IMG/VR virus record: IMGVR_UViG_3300037067_018912
Location: 293,276 to 357,275 of that record
Origin: a virus
Lineage: Duplodnaviria; Caudoviricetes
Direction: 5' to 3' (one strand)
Length of the DNA stretch: 64,000 nucleotides
The stretch's first letter is position 1. Each line of letters opens with the position of its first letter. The translations under genes were made by a program, and so were the position numbers. Below the pieces are notes generated by a model, which ran no database searches, had not been told where the DNA came from, and saw nothing but the letters and a program-made list of their open reading frames with translations. Of the stretch, positions 54,873 through 64,000 are shown piece by piece.

Positions 54873-55218
54873 CGACTTCCACTTTAATTTCATACTTGAA
54901 TTCGCATTCCTGTGGTTCAAAGCCTTTTTCACTCTCCCACCAATGCTCCTTTTTGAACGGGTGAATGACAAGTATGTTTTTTTCAACCCATTGCTCCCGG
55001 TCGTAGACCTTTTCCCAAACACTGAAAAGAACCTGTTTGCCGTGTTTTGCCAAGTCTTTGCTGAAAGAGGCAAGTCCCATGAGTTCAGCGGGGTGCTCCC
55101 CCGGAGGGTTGCATTTAGACGCCTGCATGTAACTATCAGCCAATTCTTTTATGGCAGTCTCTTCGTTATCGAATTCTCCTTCGATAGAGAGTTTGAATGA
55201 TTCCATCTTGTATTTCAT
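54865..55218 (-). CDS. hypothetical protein
   Basis: Operon packing. Confidence 0.6.
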   Translation of the reverse strand: MKYKMESFKLSIEGEFDNEETAIKELADSYMQASKCNPPGEHPAELMGLASFSKDLAKHGKQVLFSVWEKVYDREQWVEKNILVIHPFKKEHWWESEKGFEPQECEFKYEIKVEVDE

Positions 55219-55233
55219 AGTAAACAGATTTGT

Positions 55234-55467
55234 TTATTTCTTGGTATTACGTCTTACAATAGCGAAGAACTCAATCCCCCTGTTTTTAAATGCGGGAGGA
55301 AAGACTGTGAAATACCTGAATTCGTTAGCACCCACACTTCCGGTGGCTTTTGCCATAATAGCAGCACTCCTTGCACACTCCATAGAGTTGCCGGAGACTA
55401 CAGTGAAACCTTCCATTCCCTCTACGGGAATGTCATTCAGGTTACTTAAAGGCAGTTGTCCTTCCAT
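55234..55467 (-). CDS. hypothetical protein
   Basis: Has own ECF promoter. Confidence 0.55.
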   Translation of the reverse strand: MEGQLPLSNLNDIPVEGMEGFTVVSGNSMECARSAAIMAKATGSVGANEFRYFTVFPPAFKNRGIEFFAIVRRNTKK

Positions 55468-55492
55468 ATCAATTGATTTTATTAATCAATGT

Positions 55493-55518
55493 TACGAATC
55501 GGAAGTTATTATGTTACA
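55493..55518 (-). promoter_or_regulatory. ECF promoter
   Basis: TGTAAC-N16-CGTA. Confidence 0.7.
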
Positions 55519-55565
55519 AATATAAGTATAAAAGGAATACAATGATCAAAATAATTAAGAAAAAA

Positions 55566-55590
55566 AACGGGATGTGTTTTACATCCCGTT
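55566..55590 (-). terminator. terminator of rtcB
   Basis: AACGGGATGT-GTTTT-ACATCCCGTT with T-tract on minus strand. Confidence 0.75.
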
Positions 55591-55595
55591 GATTC

Positions 55596-56780
55596 TTAGT
55601 GCGCTTTGAAGTTGTAGAGCGGCTTTATGGTGTCGACGATATCCACGGTGTCCGTGATAGCCGCCTTGATTTCTTCAATGGACTTGTAAGCCTGTGGTGC
55701 TTCGTCGAGAGTTTCAGTACCCACTGAGGTCGTATAGATTCCCTTCATCGACTTAGCGAAGTCTCCCATATCGAGGTTCTTCTTCGCCATGCTCCTGCTC
55801 ATGAGTCTACCTGCACCGTGAGGTGCGGAATAGTTCCAATCTTCGTTACCCTTACCAATACATAACAGCGAACCGTCACGCATATTGATTGGAATAAGGA
55901 GTTTCTCATCCTTTTCAGCACTTACCGCACCCTTACGTAGGATCATACGCTTGAAATCGATATAGTTGTGGATGGTCTCAAACCTCGATTCCTCGTATAG
56001 GTTCATCTCATCCAATATGATCATAGCCATCGTAGCACGGTTAAGGACGGCAAATAATTGCACGATCTTCATGTCGTTCATATAATCGTTGAAATCATCC
56101 CCGATCAGGAAAGCCAATTCCTTGTCAGTTACAGGCTTCTTGATCTTCTTCAATTCCACAGCAATATCCTTCTCACGACCTTCGGCCTTTAAACGCTTGA
56201 TAAGGTTATCCTTTATCTTACCCATTTCATTTGCGTTGGAGAATGCTAAGTCCTGATAGTACTTACACACATCACCGCCGAGTTTCCTGCTTCCGGAGTG
56301 TATAACAAGATACAACTTTCCTGTGGACTCGGACTTACCAACCTCGATGAAGTGGTTTCCACCACCCAATGAACCGAGTGATAAAGCCGCCCTTTGCAAG
56401 TCAACACGCTTTTGACAACGAAGTCCTGAAAAGTCGAACTTCGCCCTTGACTTGGAGTGTACATCGAAACCGTTTGGAACTTGGGACTTGATAATTTCAT
56501 CCAATTTCTTGAAGTCGATATCAACCTCCTTTAATTCAACAGTCAACATACCACATCCGATATCGACACCCACGAGGTTTGGGGTGATCTTATCAATGAC
56601 GGTCATGGTCGTACCAACCGTGCAACCCTTCCCGGCGTGTGCGTCAGGCATGATACGGATTTTAGAATCCTGGTATGCCTCGAAGTTACACATCTTCTTT
56701 ACTTGCTCGAATGCTTCGTATTCGAAGGTCTCAGCAAAGATGAGGGTTTCAATACCTTTTATGTTGGTTATGATCTTCAT
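55596..56780 (-). CDS. rtcB: RtcB RNA 3'-phosphate/5'-OH ligase
   Basis: MPDAH.GKG, VGVDIGCG, GGGNHFIE, HSGSR, HNY, RKGA, SAPHGAGR, DEAP.AYK. Confidence 0.95.
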   Translation of the reverse strand: MKIITNIKGIETLIFAETFEYEAFEQVKKMCNFEAYQDSKIRIMPDAHAGKGCTVGTTMTVIDKITPNLVGVDIGCGMLTVELKEVDIDFKKLDEIIKSQVPNGFDVHSKSRAKFDFSGLRCQKRVDLQRAALSLGSLGGGNHFIEVGKSESTGKLYLVIHSGSRKLGGDVCKYYQDLAFSNANEMGKIKDNLIKRLKAEGREKDIAVELKKIKKPVTDKELAFLIGDDFNDYMNDMKIVQLFAVLNRATMAMIILDEMNLYEESRFETIHNYIDFKRMILRKGAVSAEKDEKLLIPINMRDGSLLCIGKGNEDWNYSAPHGAGRLMSRSMAKKNLDMGDFAKSMKGIYTTSVGTETLDEAPQAYKSIEEIKAAITDTVDIVDTIKPLYNFKAH

Positions 56781-56804
56781 TATGGTTATTTGTAAAACAG
56801 ATAT

Positions 56805-56830
56805 TACGATATTATAAGGGTTTTGTTACA
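56805..56830 (-). promoter_or_regulatory. ECF promoter for rtcB
   Basis: TGTAAC-N16-CGTA ending 25 nt upstream of ATG. Confidence 0.75.
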
Positions 56831-56937
56831 AAAACCGAAGGGAGGCTGCCGTTCTGGTTAAACGGAACAACCTCCCTCATAATTAATTGTATTACACAAT
56901 ATCGAACAAGCAAAGATATAAAATAAATTTCAAATTA

Positions 56938-57786
56938 TCAAGCCGATTTTCTGCGACGGTTTAAAATCCATGCCGGAATATAAGCATGTCTGCTTGACCG
57001 TTTCTTTTTTGGTTTTTCAGGCTTGGTTTGCTTTGACTGTGTGATGGGATTCTTTGGTTGAAGATTCTTTTTCACAATTTTCTTCCTCCGGACTACCTTC
57101 GGTTTTTCTATTTGAACAGGTTTTTGTTTCAATTTGATAGGTTCAGGCTTTTGTTTCTCCTTTACGGGGACAGGTTTCTGGTTTTTACCTTTCCATACAG
57201 GTTCTGTTTCGACAATATATGCATCGATTTGTTCGTTGTATTTCTTGCATTTGGCATCGTTTTCTTTTTTCAGGACGGCGATCCTTAACCGTTCATGGTT
57301 GAGGTTGGCTTTGAATTCCTTTAAATAATGGTATTGTTGATGAAGTGTGTCATGACAAGTCCTGCACAGGCACAACAAATCTTTGGTGCGCAGTATTTCC
57401 CATCCGAATGCGTCGTATGTGGTGTGATGCGCCTGCATAGGTGTGTTGGCATGGTCCTTGTCGTCCTTGAAAAACTCACAACGGTGGCCTGCTATCATTC
57501 TTATGTAATCCGAGACATATCTCCAATAGAGCGTTTTGTTCGTATAATCCTTGTAATTGCCATTATAATAAAACCTGTCCCGAATATAAGCACAGATGTA
57601 TTCCCGGTCGACATCGGGGTTGCTGTAGTCTTTCTTCATTTCATCCCAATGCCTTTTTACGTCAAGGGGGTCGTTCTTATATGGAATTGCTTTATTGGTC
57701 AGGAGGTATTTTTCGATGAATCCCACGGTCTCCGGCGTGGTAAATAAGAGTTGTTTCATTAAACCTAACGTGTGAATAGCCGCCAC
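56938..57786 (-). CDS. HNH-like nuclease with basic C-terminal tail
   Basis: HH.TY...E...DL..LCRTCH...H. Confidence 0.7.
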   Translation of the reverse strand: MAAIHTLGLMKQLLFTTPETVGFIEKYLLTNKAIPYKNDPLDVKRHWDEMKKDYSNPDVDREYICAYIRDRFYYNGNYKDYTNKTLYWRYVSDYIRMIAGHRCEFFKDDKDHANTPMQAHHTTYDAFGWEILRTKDLLCLCRTCHDTLHQQYHYLKEFKANLNHERLRIAVLKKENDAKCKKYNEQIDAYIVETEPVWKGKNQKPVPVKEKQKPEPIKLKQKPVQIEKPKVVRRKKIVKKNLQPKNPITQSKQTKPEKPKKKRSSRHAYIPAWILNRRRKSA

Positions 57787-57891
57787 AGGGACAGCAAAAT
57801 CCGGTTATTTACAAAAGCAATGGTTTAAGATTATTTGAATTATTGCTTTAAATAACGAATATAACACATTCAGTATTAAAATGCAAGGGTT

Positions 57892-58143
57892 CTAAATAAT
57901 ATTTCTTTTGGTTTGTGCAATCAAATTACCTTTATAATATAATTTCCGTTCATTAGGGGTGGTAATTAAAATCAATCCATCAAAATTATATGTGTATCCT
58001 TTGGGTAGACTCTCGCCAAAGTTTATTATATCACATCCATTATTAATTGGTGGACATGCAATATATGTAATTATTTTATCGTCCAAATCTTTTATTATAA
58101 TGCAATTCGGATTTTTTTTATCAAAGTAAATATTATAGTCCAT
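57892..58143 (-). CDS. hypothetical protein
   Basis: AT-rich ORF. Confidence 0.5.
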   Translation of the reverse strand: MDYNIYFDKKNPNCIIIKDLDDKIITYIACPPINNGCDIINFGESLPKGYTYNFDGLILITTPNERKLYYKGNLIAQTKRNII

Positions 58144-58182
58144 GATTTCATATCTATATATTATAGATTGTGATGGTTGTTA

Positions 58183-58383
58183 TTACATTTGCATGTAATA
58201 CCTTTTAACTACTTTTTCGAATAATGCGAATAGGTCGGCATCTTCAACCAAGTCGAGGTTGTCCAGATCAAGGTTAGATATGTGAACGCCGTTGAATTCG
58301 AAATTACTCCAACGCATAGTGGCATTAGAGAAACCATCCCGTTCCTTAATTTTTTTCAATCTCTCGATTACAAGTTCTCTCAT
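58183..58383 (-). CDS. hypothetical protein
   Basis: Start reassigned to MRELVI; host-type TATCTTTG box upstream. Confidence 0.55.
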   Translation of the reverse strand: MRELVIERLKKIKERDGFSNATMRWSNFEFNGVHISNLDLDNLDLVEDADLFALFEKVVKRYYMQM

Positions 58384-58529
58384 GGTCAAGTTGTTTTGTG
58401 GATGATACGCCAAAGATACTACGTTGTTACAGATATTAATCAAAAAAAACGAGAATTTTTTTCGTGGAATGAAATATTGTGTTATATTTGTTTCGAAATC
58501 TTTATTTGTCAAACGAATAATACAAGATT

Positions 58530-59162
58530 ATGGGATTTAAAAGTTTATTTATTAAAGAAGATGGGGATCAGAAACCCCCTGAAAAAACAACAGGTGCTAA
58601 AACCGCTCCTGTTAACAATGAACCTCTTCCACCTACTTTCTCCGGTATAAAAGGGATGGTAAACGAGAAGATGCTCAGTAATTTAAAGGACGTTATAAGA
58701 AAGGGCAACCTTTCCGGCGTTGACTACTATGAATTCTCACAGGCTGTCGAACAATTGGGCAACATCATCCCCGACGACAAGACCAGGTTTGCAGCAGCAT
58801 TTGCCACACTCATCTCCTCCGGAGGTGTTTCCAAGGCAACTCTGCTTTCATCTATTGACACATACATCGGTATGATTAACAAGGAAAAGGAAGTTTTTTC
58901 TGTTGATTTTAAAAAACGTGCTGATGAAACTGTGGGTAAACGTACCAAGGCTGTACAGGATGCACAGAAAAGGATTGCTGAGTTGCAGAAAGAACTCACG
59001 AACCTCAGTCAGTTTGTGATCGAAGAATCTCAAAACGTGCAGCAGGAAGAATTGAAACTCAAACAAGTCCAAAGCAATTTTGATACTTCCGTTGAACACC
59101 TGCTGAATTGCCTGAACTCCGACAAGGAGAAGATCAACCTCTATATTAATGAAATAAAATAA
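58530..59162 (+). CDS. coiled-coil protein, first gene of ABC/OmpA operon
   Basis: G.DYYEF motif, long helices. Confidence 0.75.
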   Translation: MGFKSLFIKEDGDQKPPEKTTGAKTAPVNNEPLPPTFSGIKGMVNEKMLSNLKDVIRKGNLSGVDYYEFSQAVEQLGNIIPDDKTRFAAAFATLISSGGVSKATLLSSIDTYIGMINKEKEVFSVDFKKRADETVGKRTKAVQDAQKRIAELQKELTNLSQFVIEESQNVQQEELKLKQVQSNFDTSVEHLLNCLNSDKEKINLYINEIK

Positions 59163-59168
59163 CATCGA

Positions 59169-60188
59169 ATGATAAGTAATATGTTACCAAGCGGCATGCA
59201 AGGTGGTGAAAAGAAACCACTATGGCAGCAAAAGGGTGGCACGTTCTCAATAGTCGTGCTCGCCGGATTGATAATCGCATTCATTGTGAATGCTCCGAAA
59301 CTCTTATTCCTCTTCCAAAGCACTTTGAGTGCGCTATTGACTTTGGGTGCAATTGGCCTTATAGTCTTCCTGTTCACAGACAAGAAGTTTAGAATGGCAT
59401 TGAGCGTCGGTTATTTTATATTCATGAGGAAACTATTGGGGTTCTTTGTAGAGATGGCCCCTGACAAGATTCTTGAAAGAAGAATAGCACAAATGGAACG
59501 CAATACAGCCGACAGTGAAAAAGCAGTTGGCAAGTTGGGTGGCATCAAGCGTGACCTTGAAAAGAAACTCCGTGAAAAAGAGGTGAAAATTAAGGAAAAT
59601 GCCGATGCAGCAAAAGTACTTCGTCAGAGGGGCGACAACAACAGGCAATTGATAGCCGAACGTGAAATGCAGCGTCAGACCAAACTCGCCAACATGTATG
59701 TCGAGATACTCAATTCAGTTACTAAGTGGTATGCTACTCTTATGAAACTGACCGAGATGGCCAAACTGACCGTCGAGGACGCACGTAACGAAGTCGAGGC
59801 TTTGAAAGAGCAATACAAGATTGCAAGCATAGCCTACAGTTCCTACAAAAGTGCCATGTCGGCAATGAAGGGTGATCCTGACGAGGCCGCCTTATATCAA
59901 TCGGCTATGGAGAAGATGACTGACGATATAAGTTCCAAACTCGGTGAGATGGAATTGGTTCTCAATGAGACTTCCGGTGTCATCAACAAGATTGATGTTC
60001 AGAAGGAGATCATGTCCATACAGGGTGGTCAACTTTTGGAAAAATATGAGAAATTGGGATTGGACGGCATCCTCAATAGGTTTGAAACACTTCCTTCGGG
60101 CAAGGTTCAAAATTCAATTGAGATGGAATATGAACCCATTACACTCAGCACAGAAGTCAAAACGGCTTCAAATTATTTTGACAACTGA
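59169..60188 (+). CDS. membrane-anchored PspA/IM30-like coiled-coil protein
   Basis: N-terminal TMs then long coiled coil. Confidence 0.65.
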   Translation: MISNMLPSGMQGGEKKPLWQQKGGTFSIVVLAGLIIAFIVNAPKLLFLFQSTLSALLTLGAIGLIVFLFTDKKFRMALSVGYFIFMRKLLGFFVEMAPDKILERRIAQMERNTADSEKAVGKLGGIKRDLEKKLREKEVKIKENADAAKVLRQRGDNNRQLIAEREMQRQTKLANMYVEILNSVTKWYATLMKLTEMAKLTVEDARNEVEALKEQYKIASIAYSSYKSAMSAMKGDPDEAALYQSAMEKMTDDISSKLGEMELVLNETSGVINKIDVQKEIMSIQGGQLLEKYEKLGLDGILNRFETLPSGKVQNSIEMEYEPITLSTEVKTASNYFDN

Positions 60189-60221
60189 AATTAATAATCA
60201 TAACTTTAAAATTTTACTGAA

Positions 60222-61787
60222 ATGTGGAACAAATTAACTTTTGGTGGTAGATTGGTAATAACAATCTTGATAATGGGTGCGGTGGTATGCGCCTATATAT
60301 TCCTGATCAAACCGAATATCAAAACCCTTTCAAAGGGTACTAAAGGCACTACGGCGACGTCTCAAAAGAAATCGTCCGGTGGTCTTTTCTCATCAGGTGA
60401 TGAACTTACCGTGACTTATAACACTTTTATCGGTGTAGCGGGTCTGATTCATATGAACGACGGTATTGCTCCGAACAAAGAATCCCGTATGTATAAGGAA
60501 TATGGTATATTACTTACCATTAATATACAGGATATTGTAAAGGATAGCCGTAGTTCTTTGATCTCCGGTGATATTGATGCAGTTTATTGCACTACAGACG
60601 CCTTGTCGATAGATATGTCAAGTGGAAGTGGTGTTGTTATGGCGAAAGCGAAACAGATCATGCAGATCAATCAATCAAGAGGTGCTGATGTGCTTGTCGT
60701 TGATCCTTCAATAAAAAGGATTTCCGATCTCAAGGGTAAAGAGATTGCTTGTGCAGTCGGAACTGCCTCACAGACAGGTCTTATTGAATTTTTGAAATTG
60801 AGTAAAATGACGGTGAAAGATGTTATTATTATTAAAGTTGGTGATGGCATCGAAGCATCCAATATGTTCAAGAGCGGTCAAGTCCCGGCTGCTATGGTGT
60901 GGTATCCTGACAACAAGGATTGTCTTGATGCTATTCCTGGTTCAAGGGAATTAATTTCCACCAAGCAGGCATCTAATATTATTGCCGATGGTTTACTTGT
61001 TACAGAAGAAGTTCTTAACGAAAAGGGTGAAGAAATTACCAAATTGGTAACCGCATGGCTTGTAGGTAATGCTGAAATGAATGTTGACGAGGCCGCAAAA
61101 CAACATGCCGCAAAAGTGTTTGCAAGAGACTTCCTCGGTGACAAACCGGGAACATATGAAGTTTCTTTGGATATGCTCTCCGGCGTGAGGTTCTCGACCT
61201 ATGGTGATAATATGAATTTCTTCGGTCTGAATCCCACTTTCACAGGTGTCACAGGCGACGAAATGTATACGAAAATGTCGGTAATATATGCTAATCTTGG
61301 TCAGACCAAATCACCACAGCCTTGGAGATCAATATCTGACGTATCTATATTACAAGCCATAAACCTTTCAAGTGATCCCAAGCAGGCTGCCGAAGTTGCA
61401 CCTTCATTCGCTCCTGCTCCGAAAGAATTGGAGACTGCACCTGCCATATCGAATATAAAAGCATCAATAAACTTTGATAATAATTCTGCAGAATTGGACG
61501 AAGATGATAAATACATCATCAAAAAAGAATTTGCAGGAATTGCTAAATCGTTCAGGGATGCTCGCATAAGGATAGCCGGGAACACCGACAACGTCGGAAA
61601 TGCAGCGTATAACAAAACCTTGTCAAGGAAACGTGCACAGGCTGTTGCTGATTATTTGATACAAGAGTACAGTTTCGATCCTGATAAATTCATAATCATT
61701 GGCAACGGGTCGAAAGAAGCCATTGAGGACGGAAGCGTCGGTTCAAATGAAAATTACAGGAGAACTGATTTCGAAGTCGTCAATTAA
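60222..61787 (+). CDS. SsuA/THI5-like ABC substrate-binding protein fused to OmpA-like domain
   Basis: SRGAD...I..I.DLKGK.IA, VW.P, IAD; C-terminal I.F..NS..L, GNTDNVG...N..LS..RAQAV..YL, RRTDF. Confidence 0.85.
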   Translation: MWNKLTFGGRLVITILIMGAVVCAYIFLIKPNIKTLSKGTKGTTATSQKKSSGGLFSSGDELTVTYNTFIGVAGLIHMNDGIAPNKESRMYKEYGILLTINIQDIVKDSRSSLISGDIDAVYCTTDALSIDMSSGSGVVMAKAKQIMQINQSRGADVLVVDPSIKRISDLKGKEIACAVGTASQTGLIEFLKLSKMTVKDVIIIKVGDGIEASNMFKSGQVPAAMVWYPDNKDCLDAIPGSRELISTKQASNIIADGLLVTEEVLNEKGEEITKLVTAWLVGNAEMNVDEAAKQHAAKVFARDFLGDKPGTYEVSLDMLSGVRFSTYGDNMNFFGLNPTFTGVTGDEMYTKMSVIYANLGQTKSPQPWRSISDVSILQAINLSSDPKQAAEVAPSFAPAPKELETAPAISNIKASINFDNNSAELDEDDKYIIKKEFAGIAKSFRDARIRIAGNTDNVGNAAYNKTLSRKRAQAVADYLIQEYSFDPDKFIIIGNGSKEAIEDGSVGSNENYRRTDFEVVN

Positions 61788-61872
61788 AGTTTGTATTATT
61801 TGTTTGGTTAGAGGGTGCTGCCGCCTTTACGGTGTGCAGCACCCTCTTTCAATATCTAAAAAACGATATTAA

Positions 61873-62049
61873 ATGAAAACAAAAACTATATTAATCATAA
61901 TTGTAGTGGTAATAGCCATCGCTGTGATTGGATATTACACCTTTCCTTTGGTCTTGGCATTGTTTAAGACAGCGATGGGTATAATAGCCTTACTGCTCGT
62001 CGCACTTGGAATTGCCATAGGTACAATTGTATCAAAACTAAAGAAATGA
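61873..62049 (+). CDS. 58-aa two-TM protein
   Basis: Hydrophobic; ATGA overlap with permease. Confidence 0.6.
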   Translation: MKTKTILIIIVVVIAIAVIGYYTFPLVLALFKTAMGIIALLLVALGIAIGTIVSKLKK

Positions 62050-62939
62050 TGAAGAATAACATATTCAAATTCGACGGACAGGTCGATGCCAAGACTATGA
62101 TCGTCCTCAAGGTACTCGGCGTAGTGGGATTCTTGTTGACATGGGAGGTTTTAAGCCTATTCAGTGTCCCTCAGATATTACCGTCGCCGTACAGGGTGCT
62201 TTTAGCACTCAAGGAATTGCTGACGGACGGTGGGACGTATACCGATATAGGGTTTTCAATCAAATTGAACCTCACGGGTTATGTGTATGCTATTCTGATA
62301 ACCATTCCTTTCGGTTTCCTTATAGCATTATACCCCGGATTTAGGGGTCTTTTTAATGCAAATATAAACGCCACACGCTACCTGCCGTTGACTGCGGTTA
62401 CGGGTCTATTCATAGCCTGGTTCGGTCTTGAGTTCAGTATGAAATCCTATTTCATGGGTTTTTCTATACTGATATACTTACTACCTGCAATGATACAGAG
62501 GGTCGACGAAGTGGAAAAGATACACAAGCAGATCATTCACACCCTCGGCGCAACGACGTGGCAGAAATTCAGGTACGTCTTCTTCCCGTCGACTATGCCA
62601 AAGTTTTGGAGGGATGTGAGGTTGCTCACAGCCATATCATGGACATACATCATCGTAGCCGAACTCATGAATAAAACGCACGGTGTGGGTGCTATGGTGT
62701 TCAACGCCGGAAAGCAAAGTAGGGCAGATCAGATCATCGCTATACTGATAATAATTATTGTTATCGGCATGCTGCAGGATATTGTGTTCATATTCAGCCA
62801 CAGGTTGATGTTCCCGCATGATTATAACATCTATCGTCAAAAGAAAATCGTGCTCGTACCTGTCAATCCATCGGAGATCGCCAAACCTGCAGAATCAGTC
62901 AAAAAGAATCTGTTGCAACGCTTAAACCTCATGAAATGA
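62046..62939 (+). CDS. SsuC/TauC-like ABC permease
   Basis: LPSP..V, TLGAT.WQ....V..P, W..II.AE. Confidence 0.88.
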   Translation: MMKNNIFKFDGQVDAKTMIVLKVLGVVGFLLTWEVLSLFSVPQILPSPYRVLLALKELLTDGGTYTDIGFSIKLNLTGYVYAILITIPFGFLIALYPGFRGLFNANINATRYLPLTAVTGLFIAWFGLEFSMKSYFMGFSILIYLLPAMIQRVDEVEKIHKQIIHTLGATTWQKFRYVFFPSTMPKFWRDVRLLTAISWTYIIVAELMNKTHGVGAMVFNAGKQSRADQIIAILIIIIVIGMLQDIVFIFSHRLMFPHDYNIYRQKKIVLVPVNPSEIAKPAESVKKNLLQRLNLMK

Positions 62940-63136
62940 GAGACACTTTGGAGTTCATTAAAGACGGTTTTGAATATATATGGGATGATTACATATATCC
63001 TTTCCTGTTTAAAGAATATCGTTCAGATACTACCGTTTATGGTAGAGAATATAAAATAAAAAGGACGTTGAATACAGGCAACATCGCCTTATTGCTTGCA
63101 ATAGTGGCAATTATATTGATAATAACACTTAAATAA
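62936..63136 (+). CDS. small membrane protein
   Basis: C-terminal TM; ATGA overlap. Confidence 0.55.
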   Translation: MRDTLEFIKDGFEYIWDDYIYPFLFKEYRSDTTVYGREYKIKRTLNTGNIALLLAIVAIILIITLK

Positions 63137-63143
63137 TATTCGT

Positions 63144-63962
63144 ATGGGATATTTTGAAGAAAATACGTGCGATCCCCCTTGCACTTACACAGATGTCAAC
63201 GTTATTGATTATATCAACATAACGCAGAAATTCGAGAACGGGCGTGTCTTGTTCGATAATTTCAACTACTCAATAAAGGACATCAAGGGTGAAGGACAAT
63301 TCCTGTCAATCCTCGGCAAGTCCGGTTGTGGAAAATCTCAATTACTGAAATACTTGGCCGACTTGCAAGAACCAACATCGGGCGACATTCTCGTCTATGG
63401 GAAGAAACATAGTGATGAAAATAGAATTCCTATGGTCTTTCAGGAATATTCGTCGTTTCCTTGGTATACAGTCCTACAGAACGTTTCCCTTCCCTTGGTT
63501 CTCAAAGGTGTGGACAGTAAGGAAATTAAAGACCGGGCGATGAAAATGATAGAATTCGTTGGTTTGAGTGGCCATGAGTACAAATGGGCAAAGCCGGGGC
63601 AGTTGTCTGGTGGACAGTTGCAAAGGGTGGCCATCGCCAGGAACCTGGTTAGCAATCCTCAAATCCTGCTCTTGGATGAACCGTTGAGTGCCTTGGATAT
63701 CATCACCAAGAATGACATACAGAACCTGTTATTGAAATTGTTCTACAGCAAAGAAATTGATATAACGTTTGTATACGTTACCCACGACATTCGGGAAGCG
63801 GTGTACCTGTCCAATAAGGTAATCATCCTTGGCGGGTCTCCTACTCAGGTCCTGAATGAATATAATATTGATTTGGGGATGAGGACTCCAAGTGTGAAGC
63901 ACACTGTGGATTTCCTTAATTATGTGAAGCGGATAGACGAGGATTTCAGTAAGGTGATATAA
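63144..63962 (+). CDS. SsuB/TauB-like ABC ATP-binding protein
   Basis: GKSGCGKS, LSGGQ, LLLDEP, VTHD. Confidence 0.93.
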   Translation: MGYFEENTCDPPCTYTDVNVIDYINITQKFENGRVLFDNFNYSIKDIKGEGQFLSILGKSGCGKSQLLKYLADLQEPTSGDILVYGKKHSDENRIPMVFQEYSSFPWYTVLQNVSLPLVLKGVDSKEIKDRAMKMIEFVGLSGHEYKWAKPGQLSGGQLQRVAIARNLVSNPQILLLDEPLSALDIITKNDIQNLLLKLFYSKEIDITFVYVTHDIREAVYLSNKVIILGGSPTQVLNEYNIDLGMRTPSVKHTVDFLNYVKRIDEDFSKVI

Positions 63963-64000
63963 GGTTGTACGGTAAATTACCGTACAAGTACCGTACAAGT

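Noticed and set aside
1-64000. Stop-codon reassignment (TAG or TGA)
   Set aside because: Long conserved genes are intact in code 11, rIIA and rIIB end at TAG at the expected positions, and coding density is high.
63965-64000. Palindrome plus tandem TACCGTACAAG at the window end
   Set aside because: Probably a terminator hairpin; it is cut off by the window edge and cannot be evaluated.

Overview
A 64-kb segment of a large (jumbo-type) tailed phage genome, most likely infecting Bacteroidota. Evidence for the host: TAnnTTTG primary-sigma -7 boxes, no Shine-Dalgarno motifs and a Bacteroidota-type outer-membrane protein. Evidence for phage: rIIA/rIIB and a dense array of small orphan genes. The genetic code is standard. 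Layout: (i) 300-1160, a cluster of tRNA-like and other structured RNAs; (ii) 1.3-10.9 kb, small ORFs, a metallopeptidase and a ~1290-aa polyvalent protein; (iii) 11.4-34.4 kb, bounded by two non-coding regions, headed by a phage ECF sigma factor and built from short cassettes each started by a (T/C)GTAAC-N16-CGTA promoter (about 31 copies in the window, found by eye), often fused into the terminator of the preceding cassette; (iv) 35.3-58.4 kb, mostly minus strand, with an interrupted tRNA followed by an HDV-like (theta) ribozyme, HNH nucleases, a Cfr10I/SgrAI-family restriction-modification pair and RtcB; (v) 58.5-64 kb, a PspA-like/ABC-transporter/OmpA operon. Main candidates for novelty: the ECF regulon with terminator-promoter fusion cassettes; five tRNA-like genes that all have remodelled or interrupted anticodon regions, under the same promoter class as RtcB; several unassigned structured RNAs; and the apparent absence of RCCGGY sites. 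Family assignments come from motif recognition only; no searches were run.
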